Below are positions 23,091-35,554 of a stretch of DNA of 64,000 nucleotides, in pieces. How positions within the stretch are numbered: the first letter of the stretch is position 1; each line of letters starts with the position of its first letter. Position numbers and translations under genes: made by a program. The DNA comes from Camelus ferus. Lineage: Eukaryota. The stretch covers positions 110,486,001 through 110,550,000 of the forward strand of contig NC_045697.1 of assembly GCF_009834535.1 (NCBI RefSeq), in the 5' to 3' direction. The notes under the pieces were generated by a model. It did not search any database and was not told where the DNA came from. It was given only the letters and a program-made list of their open reading frames with translations.

Positions 23091-26062
23091 ACAATTTCAA
23101 AGATTTTTAATTCATCTTCAAAAAAAAAGTTTTGACTTTACTTTATTAATTCTGTGTGATCCAATTTCTATTCCACTCACATTCTTTACAGGGGAAGTCT
23201 GCGTGTTAAGAAAATGAAAGTAACTTTATGTAATCTGACATAAAGGCAAGTCATTGCAGAGGGCGACCAGGGTAAAAATAAATGAACTTAATTGAAGCAC
23301 AAAGTTTTGTGCCTACATTGGAGAATGTAGGCAGCCTGGTCCCTAAGGAGAGAGCTGCCCACTTGGAGTTCTCCCAATTAAGAAGAATGAGACAATTTAA
23401 AATCCAATTTCCCTTTTTTATAGTTGTTTGAGCTGTTGAGGTATAAATCAGCTTTAGCTGGACTACACTGAATTCTTTTTTGCCTGGGGTGGGTAAGAGT
23501 AAATGTAATTACAAAAATACCAGAAAGATACATTTATTTCCTTTCAAGTTAATTTTAGAAATTAAAGACATGTTCTTCTTTTCAAAAATCAATAATATAT
23601 ATTGCTACAAAAATTGACGAAACACAAATATTGTGTTTGTATTATTTAAAATTTATGATTGAACATATGTTATCAAAAAAGCCCTTGATTTCCAGAACCA
23701 ACTGTTGCCAGACTCCTGCTCAGTCTCTTCTCTCCTTCTTGTGTAATTACTGCTTCACTGGACTATGAGTGATTTCTTTTTTATTATTATTTTTTTAATT
23801 CAATGAGGCATTGCACTTTTTAAAGCAGTTATTGTGAATGCTGTTTAGATTTTCTAAGTACCAGACAGTGATTTATCTTCTTTTTCTGGGAATTACTCCC
23901 TGTGAAAATTCACCAAGAGCAACAGCTAAGACTGTCTGAAGGGCCTGAGTAATTTGATTTTCATAGGCCCGTGGACCATGCACACTTGGAAGGGTTTAAA
24001 GAGCATCTCCTTCTAATCCAGCTCAAGACACTTTATAGATGAGGCCTCGTGGCTCTCAGTGATCTCACAAACCATCAGCTATGAGTTGCAAAAGCTAAGA
24101 CTGATGTTAAAAAAGTTCTGCATTCAGTTACCTGTCATTTTATCTTTACAATGTCTGTGTATTTAGAAAGGATTTTTGAAATACAGCTAATAGCATGGCA
24201 TTCACCACTGTTCCTGGTACTTCGCATTACTGGGGATCACCAGTGCTGACCTGTCTGGGGCATAGCCAAACCTGACTTCTCTGTACAGTTCCTGTATGAA
24301 TACACTGGTGTGGTTGTTACTTTTTGAATATGTAGCCAAAGGTTATTACTGTCACATTTGCTTTTGTTAACAAACCTGGGTCATCCAATATCCATGTTTA
24401 CTGTTGCCTCACAATAATAAAATGAGAATCAAAAAGAAAGAAGGTGAATTTATAAGGTATCTGCTCCACGTTGTTAAGAAATGCCATGGCTTGTCATTTA
24501 TTATTTGTATTTTAAACTGTAATGTGCTTTACTTGTCATGAGCATCTCAAAAATTTTAGTCACTCCTTGGTATCATGTCATTTGATTGTTTCTAAGATGG
24601 ACTTTTGGGGGGTTTTGTATTCATGAGAGGCACTTTCAAATGGCAGGTTTTGTCTTTGTGTTTATGAATTGTAAAGGGCTTCCCTGGCATCCAGCAGCCG
24701 GAGGAGCAGAGATCTGCCTCTGCCTGCTGCGCTCACTTCCAAAGCACTCACGTACTTACTTCCTGCTCACCTCTGTGGCCCTGCGCTGAGACATCAGAGG
24801 GAGTCTGTGAGTAAAAGCATGCCTTTTGTCTACTCCGCATTCTTGGATGACTGTTCTGTCCAAGCAGAAAGAGAGAAGCACCTCTGCCTTACTCTGCTTC
24901 ACTGATGACTAACACAGATGATGTTAGAGATGATGTATCACTTTATGACCCTTGACACAATAGGTTTGATTCTGCTTAATCCTCAAAATTCTCCTCTGAA
25001 ATATTATTCCCATTTTAGAGAGACGAAATGGAGGCTCAAAGGTTGCCAATGACTGGTCTGAGTTTATTTAGCGATAAATGGCAACACCAGGCCTTACCCT
25101 CAGGGTTTCTGCCTCCTTCTCCTACATCACAGCTGCCTCAACCTGTTCTTAATTTATTAATAAACTGGATTCATTTGAGTCATGATTCTTTACAATATTA
25201 AATGTAAATTCCTTGTTTTGCTCCGTGTTCTTAAGTTATGGTTGTCAAAAACAACAACTAAATCCTGTCTGGCTGGAGCTGCTGCCTTTAACCTTTCTGA
25301 AGGACTAACTTCCCAGGGCAGGAATGAGACCCTCATAATAAGGTGCTAGCCAGCCAGGAAGGAAGCTAGAAAAACCCCCTCCCAGGAGGTGATGGATTCC
25401 TGTCAGGAACACTCCGGGGAGCACTGGGTTAGGAGGCTCCATGAAGAGGTGTCTGTTCTTTTTCCTCTATCTCCGAAGGGAAGTTCAAAAGCCTTTATTC
25501 TCCATGTCCCCTGAGAGTCAGCTGGTTAGGGCCTCCATTTGTGTCCAGGGGGCCAGAACTGAGCATAGGCAGAGGAACTGAAGATAGACGGGTAGCGAGA
25601 TCAGAGGAAAAACAAGTGTTAAGATGATCATAATGTCTGTGACTGGTGATTTAATGATCTTAAAAAATATAAGAAAAACAACAAAATCATCCTAAAGGGG
25701 GACAATAATTCAAAAGTACAAAGTTTAGAAAGCCAAGTGCACCAGGCTTAGGGAAAAGAAGGTGGTCTAAGAGGGAAGAAGTCTGAGACACCCCATTTAG
25801 GTTCCGCTTCTGACTCTGTGCCCTCGGGCAGATGCCCAACACCTGTGCCCTCCCCACCCCAGGCGCCCATTCCTGTGTCTAAGAGGGTGGAGGACTACTG
25901 GCCACTCAAGTGCTGGAGCCTTTCTGGTGAAGGTGTACTATTGACCAGAACCCTAACCAGACCTTTCTCACCATGGCAGTAAAATAACTTGGTGTTTAGC
26001 ACTGGAACTCGTGGCACTAGAGGAGCATGGAAATAAAGTCCAAATTTAAAGAAAAGCTGTGG

Positions 26063-27224
26063 CGAACTGCATTCCCACCAGCAGTGTAGGAGGGCTCCCT
26101 TTTCTCCACACCCTCTCCAGCATTTATCATTCATGGACTTTTGAGCGATGGCCATTCTGACTGGTGTGAGGTGATACCTCATGGTAGTTTTGTTTTGCAT
26201 TTCTCTGATAATTAGCGATATTGAGCATTTTTTTCATGTGCCTATTGGCCATTTGTAATGTCTTCATTGGAGAATTGCTTGTTTAGGTCTTCTGCCCATT
26301 TTTGTATTTTTTTTTAATTATTATTAAGTTGTATGAGCTGTTTTTATATTCTGGAAATTAAGCCCTTGTCAGTCTCATCTTTTGCAAATATTTTCTCCAG
26401 TTTGTAGGTTGTCCTTTTGTTTTGCTTATGGTTCCCTTTGCTGTGCAAAAGCTTATAAGTTTAATTAGGTGCAGCTGTTATGGAAAACAATATGGAGATT
26501 CCTCAAAAAACTAAAAATAGACTTACTATATGATCCAGCAATCCCACTCCTGGGCACATATCCAGAGGGAACTCTAATTCTAAAAGATACATGCACCCCA
26601 ATGTTAATAGCAGCTCTGTATACCATAGCCAATACATGGAAACAATGTAAATGTCCATCAACAGATGACGGATAAAGAAGTTGTGGTATAATTTATACAA
26701 TGGAATACTACTCAGCCATAAAAAGAATAAAATAATGTCATTTGCAGCAACATGGATGGACCTAGAGATCATCATACTAAGTGAAGTAAGTCAGACAGAA
26801 AGACAAATATCATGTGATACCACTTATATGTGGAATCTTAAAAAAAAGACAAACTTATTTATAAAACAAAAACAGACTCATAGACATAAAAAACAAACTT
26901 AAGGTTACTGGGGGGTAAGGGGTGGGAAAGGGTAAATTGGGAGTTCAAGATTTGTAGATACTGCTATATATAAAATAGATAAACAAGCTTATACTGTAGA
27001 GCACAGGGAACTTTATTCAATATCTTTTAGTAGCCTATAATGAAAAAGAATATGAAAATGAATATATATATGTATGACTGAAATATGCTGTACACAAGAA
27101 ATTGACATAACATTGTAAACTGACTATACACCAATTTAAAAGAAAGAAAAAGAAGGAAAGAAAGAGAAAGAAAGAAAGGAAGGAAGGAAGGAGGGAAGGA
27201 AGGAAGGAAGGAGGGAAGGAAGAG
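26063..27224 (+). mobile_element. 5'-truncated LINE-1 with 5' inversion (twin priming)
   Basis: 26063-26468 is ORF2 sequence on the minus strand ([14 protein letters not shown]); 26469-27140 is the ORF2 end and 3' UTR on the plus strand, followed by an A/GAAA/GGAA tail. TSD GAAAAGCTGTGG (26051-26062) / GAAAAGCTCTGG (27225-27236). Confidence 0.9.
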
Positions 27225-30200
27225 GAAAAGCTCTGGGATCTAAGTTTAGGCTTGGATATTTCACTGAGCTTCCAGGACTGGGCACATCAGGTACTCAGTA
27301 AATGAATGGGTGACAGGTAGATGAACTGATGGGAGGTCAGACTTCCCCAGTGGTGGTGGACCTGGGAGCAAAGAGCCTGCAGTTCAGTCCTGATCCACAC
27401 TAACAAGGTGAGGAGACAGTTATAACCTCAGTTTCTTCTTGTGTAAAATGGAGATGACACCTGATAGGGTTATAAGGATTAAGTGAGAAAATGCTTATTA
27501 GTTTAGTGCTTCACACCCAGGAAGCCCAGGATACTGTGATCTTCTACTCCTCCGCAAAGGCATCTGAGGAAGACGGAGTCTTCAGAGGTATGAAATCCAC
27601 AGGTAGGAAGTCCACTAGCCTTCCAGGCTCCTGCAGGACTCCTCCCCTTGTCCTTGAGGACAGGAACGCTTTCTTCTGGGACCCGCGATGGGATCTAGAG
27701 ACAGGGGTGAAGCCTACAAGTTAGATGCCCCAATTTAAGCCTTCTTTGCGCAGAACCCCAACGGAACTTTGGCCGTAGGGAGAAACAGACCTCGGCCCGA
27801 GCAGAGCAGAGGGACCCACTCGCAGGTGGGGATGCTGCTGTCTTTCAACTTTGGACTTTGTGCTGGACGGTAGGGAAGCGGTGGCCAAGGAAAGAGTTGA
27901 CAGTTGAGTGAAGCCTACATGTTGACCGGAAGGCCAGAACTCTCAGAATCTCCCCACCAGATCTGGCGACCCATTCGAGTCCTTTCAGCCCATTTGTACA
28001 CTGAAACTTGTTGCATGTAGCCACCTTTCCTACAATTGGGGAACAAGGGGTCTTTCTAGCCAGCCAGATTCACTTCTCGACCAATGACCGCTTCTGGTTT
28101 AGGAAGGAGAACGTTCTGGTGTTAGATTTCTCTTGGGCCTTTCCTTCTAATAGCTGTTGTCTTCTTTTAGTTTGGCTAAAATTGATTCAGGCAGGAAAAT
28201 CTTAGTGGGAATGTGAGCTTATTAGTGTATATACGTATTATTTATGAAGTGTGTCTCTAAGGAGCCATCAAAATGTGGCCGCTCAGCCATAGAAATACAC
28301 ATAATGCAGCCCTGAGAACGTGAAGAAGTGGCTTTTTGCAAGGGAAGATTTCAATGATTGCTGAAGAATAAGGGAGGGGAGGGAATCAGTTCAGTCAACA
28401 AGATCTCATTCGACGCTGCATTTTCTCAGCTGAAAGGCAGCCTAATCCTCGCTAAGCCCTCCCCCTTAATAGGTTTGAGGAGATTTCAGAAACCGGATAA
28501 ATGAAGATGTTCCACTGTCTCCTTTGAGTTTCCAGAAGCCGAATCCCCGGCAAGCAGGGCAGGAGGAGAGGGCTGCTTTGGGCAGTTTCATTGGGAAAAT
28601 TAATTTATGTAATGGCATAATATTCTGGCTTAAAAATTGGGAGTTAACCCTGGCAAACAAAAACTTTCAAGAAACTATGGAGACAGCCCCCGCCCCCTTC
28701 ATTTCCCAAGGCAGCAGAATCCCTACATCTTGAGCAAAGTACTCCGATTCATGCCTCATTTTAATCTCATCTCCGTTTTTTTCAGAAGCGGCCAAAATAA
28801 TTAACGCTACCTGTAAAGAAAGAAAAACCAAACGTAAATCAGCTTGGCGTCGCCCACCTTTCCCAAAACGCCGTGGGAGTGCGGCCATTGAGGAGGGTCT
28901 CTAGGTGACTGCTCCGTAATATTTTCCTTTTTATCTGAAAAAAGCCCTCTGTGGAGCCGTGAGCAGTTCCCCCGGCACATTCGCCGGGTGCAGACGGTCG
29001 CAGGCATTACAGGCCGGGTTAGTGACCACTGGAGACGGAAATCGCTAATTACAGAGTCGCCTTTGATCTGCCCGGGCCGTTTGGCCTGTGACCCTGGAGG
29101 CTCCGGTGTCCGCGCTTTCCCAGAACTGGACCAGACCAGCGCGTCCTGAGCCTAAGGGTCCGACGTCGGTCTGGATCAGGCTTCTACGACTGCCCAGAGT
29201 TCCAGTCCATCCGCTGAGCTGGTGGGCCGCCGAACGCTAACGAGCGCCTGAGTGCGGAGCAGTTTGATTCGTTTAAGCTACTCGCTAACTGCGCTTTTCT
29301 TTAAATTTTGGGATAAGACTGGGGAAATAAATGTCTTAAAAGATTTCCACGTCCACTGCCTCTCTCCCCTTCCCCACCTTCCTCTTTCGATCCGTTTGTA
29401 GGGAATGGAGTTTTCTTCTCTTTGCTGGGACTGTAGTGTGATTCGAAATCGTTTGGGAAATGAACAAAAGTCACCAGCAAGCGGGGCGACTGGGACAGAG
29501 CGCTGAGGGCAGACAGGGGGTGGGAGCAAAGGCCGGGCCTCGGAGGATAATGGGGAGCCGGCTTCCTCCCCGTCTGGTCTCCAGGGTCCCCTTCATCTTC
29601 CAGGTAAGATGAATGTCCCTTCATCCATCATCCACAGGGAGCCCCTCCCCCAGGCGGGCGAAGAATCTGCTTACTGACGAAACCTATTAGCCCCGCACTG
29701 GGCGGCTTTGTGGAGGCAACCGAGGCTCTCCATTGTGGCCTTTGTCCGAGGAATTCAAGCATTTACATAATGTGTTATCGCGGAACTCTGCGCTGGGTCG
29801 GGACACCGCGTGCGGAGCCCAGGGCGGACGTCGCGCCCGCAGCTCCCGGGCCCGGGCGCTCCCCAGGGCCCCTCGCCGGTGCACCTGGGGCCCGCCGCAG
29901 GCGCTCGGGCGAGGAACTCAGTGCCTCTTCCTTCCTCGCCACCTCGGAGGGCTGCGCTTTAAAAGGGAGCGGCAAAGTTTCGGTGGGTGAACCGAAGCTG
30001 GGTCCATGTGACCCCTAAAGCCGAAGAAATAAAACTTCGACATTAATCCGGCTCTCCGGGAGGACGTTGGGCGCTTCGCCGTTTTACTCGCTGACCGTTG
30101 GGAGCGGTGCGCTCAACGGTCACTGGTGCCTCGGAGCGCCGAGGCGCCTGGGGTTCCGATGGCTCGCGGGGTCGCTCCCTACCCGCGCGCCAGCCCAAAG

Positions 30201-30729
30201 CAAGCGTCCTTCGGGGCTTTTAAAGGGTAGAAAGTTGCGCGGTGTGCGGGACTACCGCTCTCCGGAGCTTAGGAGGGAGTCTGCAGGCTTTCGAGGCGCT
30301 CACACTTCTCAGAGTAAATGCAAACATTTGAGTAAGCCTTGGTCTCCGGGTAGCCAACCTTTTAGAGGGAGGTGACTCTGCTCAGAAATCTCGTTCCAGG
30401 GGAATTTCCACCAAAAACGTCCCAGAAAGTGCCCAGAACGCGCCCCACTCTAGACAGGTGCAGGATCTTTTGTGCGGCCACGCTCGGCCTCTACTCTCCA
30501 AACACGGCCGCTTAGAGGCGGGAAGTGCTAAAGTTTCGAATGCGAGAGGAAGCCTGTGCTTGTAAAGGGGTCGCGGGGCGGAACCCCCGAAGCCGAGAGG
30601 CTTCTTGTTGCTTGCAAAGAGCCTTGAGTACCGGCCGTCCCCGCGGCGCTCGGCGCTCGCCGCCGGCGCCCAATCAGCGCTCTCGCTGGGTTTGTGACGG
30701 CATTCGGCCCCGCCCCCTCGACGGCAATA

Positions 30730-30990
30730 AAAGGCCTTAGAGACTTCGCCACGCAGAGCACCGCGCGCGGCCCTGCGCCTCGGCCCGGCCACCAGGTGCT
30801 GGTCCCCGCCTGCTGCCTGCGGCGCGGGTCCCACTGTCCAGCCACCAGCCACCGCCGCCGGTTCCTTATCCTTCTCAGTCCGCAGTGAGGTTCGGGCAAG
30901 CCAATCTCCAGGCTTCTCCCTCTCCCTTTTTTCTCGCCCTCCCTCCTCCGCAGCCGCCTTGCCCCGCGGCCCGGAGCGGCTGGCTGGCAG
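30730..30990 (+). other. LRAT: LRAT non-coding exon 1 (5' UTR); TSS approximate
   Basis: Donor CAG|GTGAGC at 30990/30991. A 100-nt intron follows, with a branch-like CTAAA, a pyrimidine tract and a CTGCAG acceptor ending at 31090, one base before the ATG. The 5' boundary is a guess inside the CpG island. Confidence 0.7.
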
Positions 30991-31091
30991 GTGAGCAGCG
31001 GCGCAGCGCCCTGTCTCGCCAGCTCACCTTGCCAGTCCCGGCCGGCGCCCGAGGGGCGGCAGTCCCCCTAAAACTCCCTTTTCCCTGCAGG

Positions 31092-31628
31092 ATGAAGAAC
31101 CCGATGCTGGAGGCGGTGTCCCTAGTGCTGGAGAAGCTGCTCCTCATCTCCAACTTCAAGCTCTTCAGTTCGGGCACCCCGGGTGAGAACAAGGCAATGA
31201 CCACTTACAGTGTAAACTCTTTCCTCCGCGGCGACGTGCTGGAGGTGCCCCGGACCAACTTCACACACTATGGCATCTACCTGGGCGACAACCGTGTCGC
31301 GCACATGATGCCGGACATCCTGTTGGCCCTGACCGATGACAAGGGGCTCACGCAGAAGGTGGTCTCTAACAAGCGTCTCGTCCTGGGCGTCATTGTCAAG
31401 GTGGCCAGCATCCGCGTGGACACGGTGGAGGATTTTGCCTACGGTGCCGACATCCTGGTCAATCACCTGGACAAGTCCCTCAAGAAAAAGGCGCTGCTAA
31501 ACGAAGAGGTGGCGCAGAGGGCGGAGAAGCTGCTGGGCACGACTTCCTACAGCCTACTGTGGAACAATTGCGAGCACTTCGTGACCTACTGCAGGTTCGG
31601 CACCGCCATCAGCCCCCAGTCGGACAAG
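31092..31628 (+). CDS. LRAT: Lecithin:retinol acyltransferase, first coding exon (aa 1-179)
   Basis: Translates [22 protein letters not shown]...[18 protein letters not shown]...[15 protein letters not shown]...SPQSDK, with the NlpC/P60 LRAT-family catalytic His (HYGIY) and Cys (NCEHF). Phase-0 donor AAG|GTACGA at 31628/31629. Confidence 0.98.
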
Positions 31629-33084
31629 GTACGACGCGTGACTCGCCGGTGGGCTCGGTGAGGACGCCCCCTCCCATCTCTAACCTTTTCTCTCCCCTGG
31701 GTTTGAGCAGGGATTGAGTTCTAGACTTAGGAAGGAGTCCTCTGATGTTCCTCGGGGAGGCCAAGTGAATACATAAGTGGCAATGTGCCTTGCAGGATAT
31801 CTCGAAATGCACAGTGAAAGAGTGTGGCAGTGCAGTACAGTTGCCAGCGATGCCAGAGAGCTGCCCAGTTATTGCTGCGGAAGTCATCATGGTGTCCCCC
31901 AGGGTAGCTGAAATATGACAAAGGGCAGGTAAATGGGAGAGTCACAGAAAATCTGTCACCCTGTGCTTGCAACTTTACCCAAGAATTGCAGTTGGAAGGA
32001 AAGTATCCAGAGTTTATATCTAATCTATAACACTGTATAGTACAAATGTTGTCCCTTTAAAATAAGGATGCATGCAGTTTCCCCCTAAGCTGCAGAGAGT
32101 GAATTTCCTTTGCTTAATAATAAACTACCAAGATTTCTATTAAGAAGACCTCCCAGGTAGATCCCTTCCTCCTGTGTCTGGGCTTCAGAGAAGTCTTTTC
32201 CTTGGTATTCTGAATTCTTTCAGTATTGGCTTTAATCCCCATCTAGACTTCCTCATTGTTAAGCATCCTTTACCGACTAGTCCCACAGATAGGTTAGTTT
32301 GTTTACATGTTCCCCAGAGATCAAAACAATTGATTTTCAAGAAGAGCCATTAAATGTTGGAAGGTCGTTTTTATGGCTACTTTAAAAAGGAAAAAAAAAA
32401 AAAAGTTCGAATTTAAGATGATTACATTAGGTACAAACCCAAAGGAAAAAAAGTGGATTTTTATTAACTTTTGAAACCTCTTCACTTGTAAAGTTAACAT
32501 TTTAAGCCTGCAACTTCATTTGCAATTGGAAGCTTTCTCAGCCTTCCCTGCAGTGGCTAAAGAGGTATTGATAATGTGTGCCCTTCACTGTGAAAACCTG
32601 GGCAATCACAAAAGAAGCTTCAGATTTTACTCTTCACCTTAGATATTGTGGGACCAAAGAATCTGAGGCCATGTAACCAATTTTCTATTGCTCTACATCT
32701 TAATTTTTGGACCCATATAGGAAAATCTTTCCTCTGTGGCAGAGCAGGAAAGTATAATGCTTGTATACATCAGTGTCTAAAACTCTATAGATTATTTATA
32801 AAGCCACGAGAGACTCAATCTAGGAATTATTTTCTAAGTAAAATAAAAATACAATTAGAGCACTGTGCAGTGATTCAAGACTCACAGCTCCAGTCCAGGC
32901 CCGTCTAGAAATGAACTTCACCACATTTACAAACACTGGCTCCAAAAGTGTTCAAAAGGAAACACGTCAGATTTACTCAGGACCCAAAGCAAATCATTTC
33001 TCTAAGGAAAAACAGTATTTCTATCCCGTAATTAGGAGTTACCCTTTCATGGAACACATATAGCACTGTATTACATACTTCTAC

Positions 33085-33088
<4 letters not shown>

Positions 33089-33137
<49 letters not shown>
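33089..33137. repeat. (CA)n microsatellite in LRAT intron 2
   Basis: About 24 uninterrupted CA units. Confidence 0.95.
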
Positions 33138-33139
<2 letters not shown>

Positions 33140-35401
33140 CAGTACAAGTGCTTTCTTAAGGTAGTAAAATATTTAATCTGCATTAACAACTAGCTGGAGT
33201 AGTTTTTCATCTTTGGAAAGTTTGGAAGATTTCACAGAAGTAGAGAAGTGTTTTAATTGCTATTTGCTGCATAGCACCTCTTGTGAAGTTGAGTTTTTGT
33301 CCTCGCTTTGAATGGTCTAACAAACAGCTTGGCCACAGAGTAGATTTCCTGGGGAGGGGGGAGAAAAAAATCCCCGTCCCAAATATTCCAATTCTAAGGA
33401 GTGTTTTTGAACATGCCCTAGGAGAAGTAGGTCATTAATACTGAAGGAGGACTGGTTTCTATTTTTCAGAAGCATAAGGAATGACCTGATTCTGGGACGA
33501 ATTGTGGAGTTCACAATATATACAGCTATTATCAGCTCAACAGGAGAGTTGCAGAGTTGCCTCTTAAATCTGAGTTTGTGAAAACTCTCAAAAGCGCTTT
33601 CCCTCACGAAAACACTGCAATTAATATAAACGTGAACTCGGAGAGAATCTTATTTTTTTGTAGTGATGCTCTTTTTTTTTTTATAAGTTTAGAAATCAAA
33701 AAATTAAACTTTTATATTATTGTTAAAAATTTCAGTGTTTTGTAAACTATAAAGCCCTTTAATTAGTAACTATTACTATTCCTTATCCTTTTTTTTTCCT
33801 TTGCTGGTTTTCATTGCCAAAATGAATGCACAGACCCCTTTTAATTTCTGGGGATTCAGTGCTCAAAACTGCCCTTACAGGCTTCTTAACACCTAGAAAT
33901 ACAAGACATTTTCCTACCTTTGAGAGATGCCTCCTGCACTGACAGCCAAGTGAACAAGACTAGGACATTCGAAATGAGATGCTCCTTGGGAAAATCTTTT
34001 GGGGAAAAGAGAGCCCAGAATGATACTGTGTAGGCCTTAATTAAAAATTATTGGGAAAAAAGATAAAGGAAGCATGACTGTATCAAGACGATATTCTCAT
34101 TTACTTCAGTGTATACCTTCCCATTAATTGCTAAGCAACTTTCTCATTGTCCTGAAAACTTCATTCAGTTTCATTCTCATCACTTTTAAGATGGTGTGTT
34201 TGTAACTCAATGTCTTGTTAGTTTAGTTTAAAAGAGACAAATCATATAGTTGACATATAAAAAGAATGACATCTGGATAACCAACAGGAAATTTTGTATT
34301 TGTTGAGATACTGTATAAAGTACGGACAGGGACAACTTTACAGTGAAGATAGTGTGTTAAAATATATTGAACTTGTGCATTCTATCCATTAAGAATTTGG
34401 AAACCTAGCTGTCCAGGACTAAACAGGCCACTATAGGAGACCCTAAAAGCGTATAATGTCATGTCTAGAAAAGGAGCTTAAAACTCATATCAAAATGAAG
34501 TAATTGATTGCTACATTCTGCCCTGACAGTGAGGAGGTAGAGATAATTGTCAACTAATATAGCAGTCATAATAATCATTGTAATACCTTACATTTATACA
34601 GTGTGCAGATGAGTACAGAGTACTTCTGCAAAAAAGGTCTCATTCGATCCTCATAATAACCTCAGTATTCCCATTGCAGGAGCAGAGGGTAGTCTGGACA
34701 GGTTAAATGGTTAGATGATCCAGAACTCAACCATAGCTATTTTCTCTGGAAATTAGTTTTCTAAGGAAGAAAAATTACACACATTAGAAGAATGCATTCC
34801 TCAGGGGTAAGGATCATGTTTAATTTATCTGTATTTGCAGCAGTCAATTTTGTGTCACATAACTGATTGTGAACATAACCTATTTTGGCAGGGAATGGGG
34901 TATGACAACCAAATCAGACTTTGTGTGCCTTTCGGTTTTGAGACTGATGAGAAAGTTATCATCATGAGTGTTACCAAACTGTAGGCTGGTGAGTTGTGGG
35001 AACTGAATTCACCAGGAATGATATGCTAAATTTGATTTGCTTATTTAACTTTAGAATATGTTATTGTTATTGAGAGGCAGTTTAATATGGTTTTTAACCT
35101 TTAATCCTGAATAACTTTTATGTGCTTACATTTCCTAGTTTCCTATAAATGTCCTATCTTTTCAAAGACAGCTTCCAGGATTAACCTAGTAGCCTAAAGT
35201 ATCATTTCAGCTACTATGGGATGTGGCATCAAGAAACTGAACTATTAAGTAACATCTTAAATCCTTTCCTAAGATGTGAGAGAAATCTCCTCTGTCTGGT
35301 AGATAGAAAATAGCTGGGGAAACTCTGCTCTGCTGTTTGGGATAGGTGACTCTTCTTCAGTTTAGCCACCTTTTCTAATATTCTTACATTTTATTTTCCA
35401 G

Positions 35402-35554
35402 TTTTGTGAGAATGTGAAGATAATTATTCGCGATCAGAGAAGCGTTCTTGCTTCGGCAGTCTTGGGATTGGCGTCTATAGTCTGTCTGGGCATGGCATCA
35501 TATACTACCCTTCCTGCAATTTTTATTCCATTCTGCTTATGGATGGCTGGCTAA
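35402..35554 (+). CDS. LRAT: Lecithin:retinol acyltransferase, last coding exon (aa 180-229, C-terminal membrane anchor)
   Basis: Acceptor TTTTATTTTCCAG ends at 35401. Translates [50 protein letters not shown] then TAA at 35552-35554, matching the LRAT C-terminus in phase with the previous exon. Confidence 0.97.
   Translation, partial: FCENVKIIIRDQRSVLASAVLGLASIVCLGMASYTTLPAIFIPFCLWMAG

Larger units (their letters stand above)
28840..31660. promoter_or_regulatory. LRAT: LRAT CpG island / promoter
   Basis: Dense CpG and GC-rich sequence over exon 1 and the first coding exon. GC boxes (GGGGCGG, CCCCGCCCC), CCAAT near 30670 and a GATA-type CTTATC near 30865. Confidence 0.85.

Noticed and set aside
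30885..31661. 258-aa ORF as an N-terminally extended, single-exon LRAT
   Set aside because: It starts at GTG, reads through exon 1 and intron 1, and runs past the donor at 31629. The supported CDS starts at ATG 31092 and splices to 35402.
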